Source: Auanema rhodensis (taxonomy: Eukaryota > Animalia > Nematoda). From it: 64,000 nt of DNA. The notes beneath the pieces were generated by a model. It worked only from the letters and a program-made list of their open reading frames with translations. It ran no database searches and had not been told where the DNA came from. The stretch spans positions 8,432,001-8,496,000 of the forward strand of contig OZ059897.1 of NCBI GenBank assembly GCA_964057225.1, read 5' to 3'. Made by a program: the position numbers and the translations under genes. Shown in pieces: positions 61,156-64,000 of the stretch. Numbering within the stretch: the stretch's first letter is position 1; each line of letters begins with the position of its first letter.

Positions 61156-64000
61156 TATAACCAAAGAATAAAGTATAAAAAAAATATAAAGTACAAATAA
61201 GAGAACAGAAGATTGAAGTAATGGAAACATATACCAGATGTAAGAGTCGTAAGAGACTCAACAGGGAATGTTAATTCAACTATTTGAATTGCAAGGATGT
61301 TACAAACAAAATACGAAAAATCCGGGAAAGTATTTCCGGAAAACTAGTTACGACGATCACATATCCGCATAATAATCTACACTTATCAGATGTTTATGCT
61401 ACTATAACCACATCATCATAATGGAAAGATTTGAAAAAAGAGGGCGGAGAATATGAGAAGACTCGGTCCTCTACTGACTACCTGCCATCTGGGGTCTGCA
61501 ATTAGCACACAGCGGCCGTCCTTTTGATGAAAAAGGAAAAGATGAGAAGAAACCGACATCAGTATTCGACATGCCTAGCAAGTAAAGCAAAAGAAGAAAG
61601 AAACTAGCATAAACTTAATATGGAGTTCAAGGTGTCACTAAAATCGAAAATTATCGGCTAAAATATGATAATAATTGAAATTTGCTTTGAAGAATATAGA
61701 AGACGAGAGAGTTAAAAGGGTTTATTTTGTAAGAATAAGATCGAAAGATAATAAGAAATCAGAGAGGAAGTTGGAATGAATGAACAACTTGACGAGGAAA
61801 TGTTTAAGCCTAAGCCTAGACCCTTCAAGCCATAACAAGAAGAGGACAAGAGAGAAATGCTTGCTTTTGTGAGTGCAAAAGATGATTCAAAGGTAAATGT
61901 AAGCCAAGATAAGTCACAGTAATAGCTTGTTAAGATGTTGTTGAGTATAGTTATCGAATTATAAGATTGTTATATATGGCTTTGTTTACAATTGGGTGAG
62001 GCTATATGTATACCTTATAGATTATTTGTATTTTGAGATCATTAATTACAAGAGAAGAAGAAGAAGAAGAAGAAACAAATTAAACCGACAAAAGAAGCCA
62101 AAAGGAAGACACTTGTTGGATCAACGAAACACATTGAGGGAGAGAGAGAGAGAGGGGGGGGGGGGAAGATGAAGAGAGAGTGTGTATGAGGTTGAATGAA
62201 TAGATGATGCTCAGGTCAGTAAGGTATGGGAAAAGACATTAGAATGATCATCTATAGTCATCATATAAATAAAAAAAAAAGATGAAATAATAATATTTAT
62301 ATAAGAGATACAGGTGTTGCTTATTGTACTATGAGATATGTTTTTGATTGTTTTTATATTTAAGAATACGCCGCCTTTATTACTTTTCATTTTTCTTATA
62401 TATTATTCTATTTTTTGGATTTGGAATTACATCAATAATATAAAAGAAATTATCAATTTTCTTATTAATTTAAGCTTAAAATAAGGTTTTTATTTCAATT
62501 TTTAACATAAACTCCAGTCTTTTCTTTCTTGTACACAGCTCTTTAGACCCTTCATACTGCTATAACATCCAAAAGCCTTGTTTAGAATGCTTTAGTACCA
62601 ACTTTACCCGCTTACAAAGGTGGCAGATGCAATATACGATCATAATAAGCTAATACTTCCCCCTGATCTACAGTAAAATGAGGTTTTCACTTATGCTTTT
62701 AAGACTTTGAATTAGATATTAGATTAGAGAAGAAAATTAATTTAGATTAGTTATAATTGGTAATTATGTAAGGACAAGGTGTTATCGGATAGACCTTTAA
62801 TCATAAAAGGTTTTGAATCTAAATTACAGGGAAAGAGATTTCCTCTTCTTTTTCCTTTTTTTGTTGTTGAAAGGGAATAGAAGAGACTAAGGAAATAGGT
62901 AGCGAGAGAGAGAAAGAGAATGGTATATAGAACTCATGAGGAAACAGAGGCTGACGGAAAGCGGAAAGGCGTCTGATCTGCTATTAGCAAATATGGCGGT
63001 TTCTCTTAGTGTGACCCTAATCAGAGCAAAAATCCGACATGGTAAGTGGTCAATTGGATAGATACACGGTTGTTGGATAGGTGTATTGTCGTCAGAGTTT
63101 AGCCATCAGAAAGATACCGGTCGGTATAGAATAGAGGTTAAGTGACTACCGGCATGAACAAGAGAATCACAACTCAAGATGAGCACGACGACGAAGACGA
63201 TGAAGAAATGAGTCTTCATGAATGAAGTCGATGATATAGTACACATTGGGATAGTATGCCAGCCAGGTTTATACGGAGAGAGAGAGGGAGAGAGAGCGGG
63301 CGGACGAGTTTCATACCTGTGTCGGCTTAAAGCTGCTGAACGTTTGAAGTTTGTGTGATGTCAATGATGAAAATCTACTAAACTGATTGATGTTCATCTT
63401 TAGGCAAAATTGAAAGATTGAAAAGTGACCAAACGAGAAACATATATTATGGTATAGGTGGTGGTTATCTATATAATCTTTAAACTCATGAATATTGATT
63501 AAATCTTCTTTTAAATTTAAAATAAAATGAATTTCAATATTATTTTCTCATAAAAAAATGAAAAAAATATATATTTAAACAGGTTGACATAGATTGAATG
63601 CTGGATAAGAGTAGCAGGTGAGAAGGAAATGGCGTCATATGTAGCCAACAGATCTTTCCCAAAATCGGTAATTGCTCTCAGGGTATTCTAATACCTTTAT
63701 CGACTTACCTATATTATATCATATAGTTAGTACTTTATTCTAACCGACAATATCAATACTTAACTCAGCTGGATATTGGAAAAAAAAACTTTAATTTCCT
63801 CACTATGCAATTCTTTTGAGTATATTTTGAATTCCCTAGAAAATAGGTTTCCGTTATAGTTAAGATGGAGACGTGGACTTTCAATTGCATGAGATGTGTG
63901 TAAGAGATTCTTTTACTTGAATCTACTTCCTTGAAAATTTGAATATGTAGATGGTTGATAAAGACAACGACGACGACGAAGACGACGAAGTAGAAGATAG

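Noticed and set aside
61806-61818. GCCTAAGCCTA, telomere-like TTAGGC units
   Set aside because: Only about two units, expected by chance; no evidence of a telomere-addition site.

Overview
AT-rich eukaryotic DNA from a rhabditid-type nematode (TTTTCAG acceptors, many ~45-nt introns, abundant (GA)n microsatellites). The supplied ORF track is mostly fragments or noise, so I spliced the genes by hand. From the left: a SUMO protease matching ulp-4 (-) lies head-to-head with ire-1 (+). A complete unc-105 DEG/ENaC gene is nested antisense in a 6.55-kb ire-1 intron. Next come a CCDC50-like MIU/NPF protein (-), an astacin-EGF-CUB protease (+), a secreted Pro/Thr-rich DB-module protein (-) and a small coiled-coil gene (+). 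A gene that is hard to see in the ORF track (47068-39164, -) encodes a CEP104-like protein with the N-terminal jelly-roll and coiled-coil but no TOG or zinc-finger region, and has X-box-like motifs upstream. After it are three SXP/RAL-2-family genes (-), a protist-type lysozyme (+), tRNA-His(GTG) with a genomic G at -1, and an uncharacterised coiled-coil gene (-). I could not assign genes to 1-7.3 kb or 59-64 kb. All homology calls come from recalled protein sequences and motifs, not database searches.
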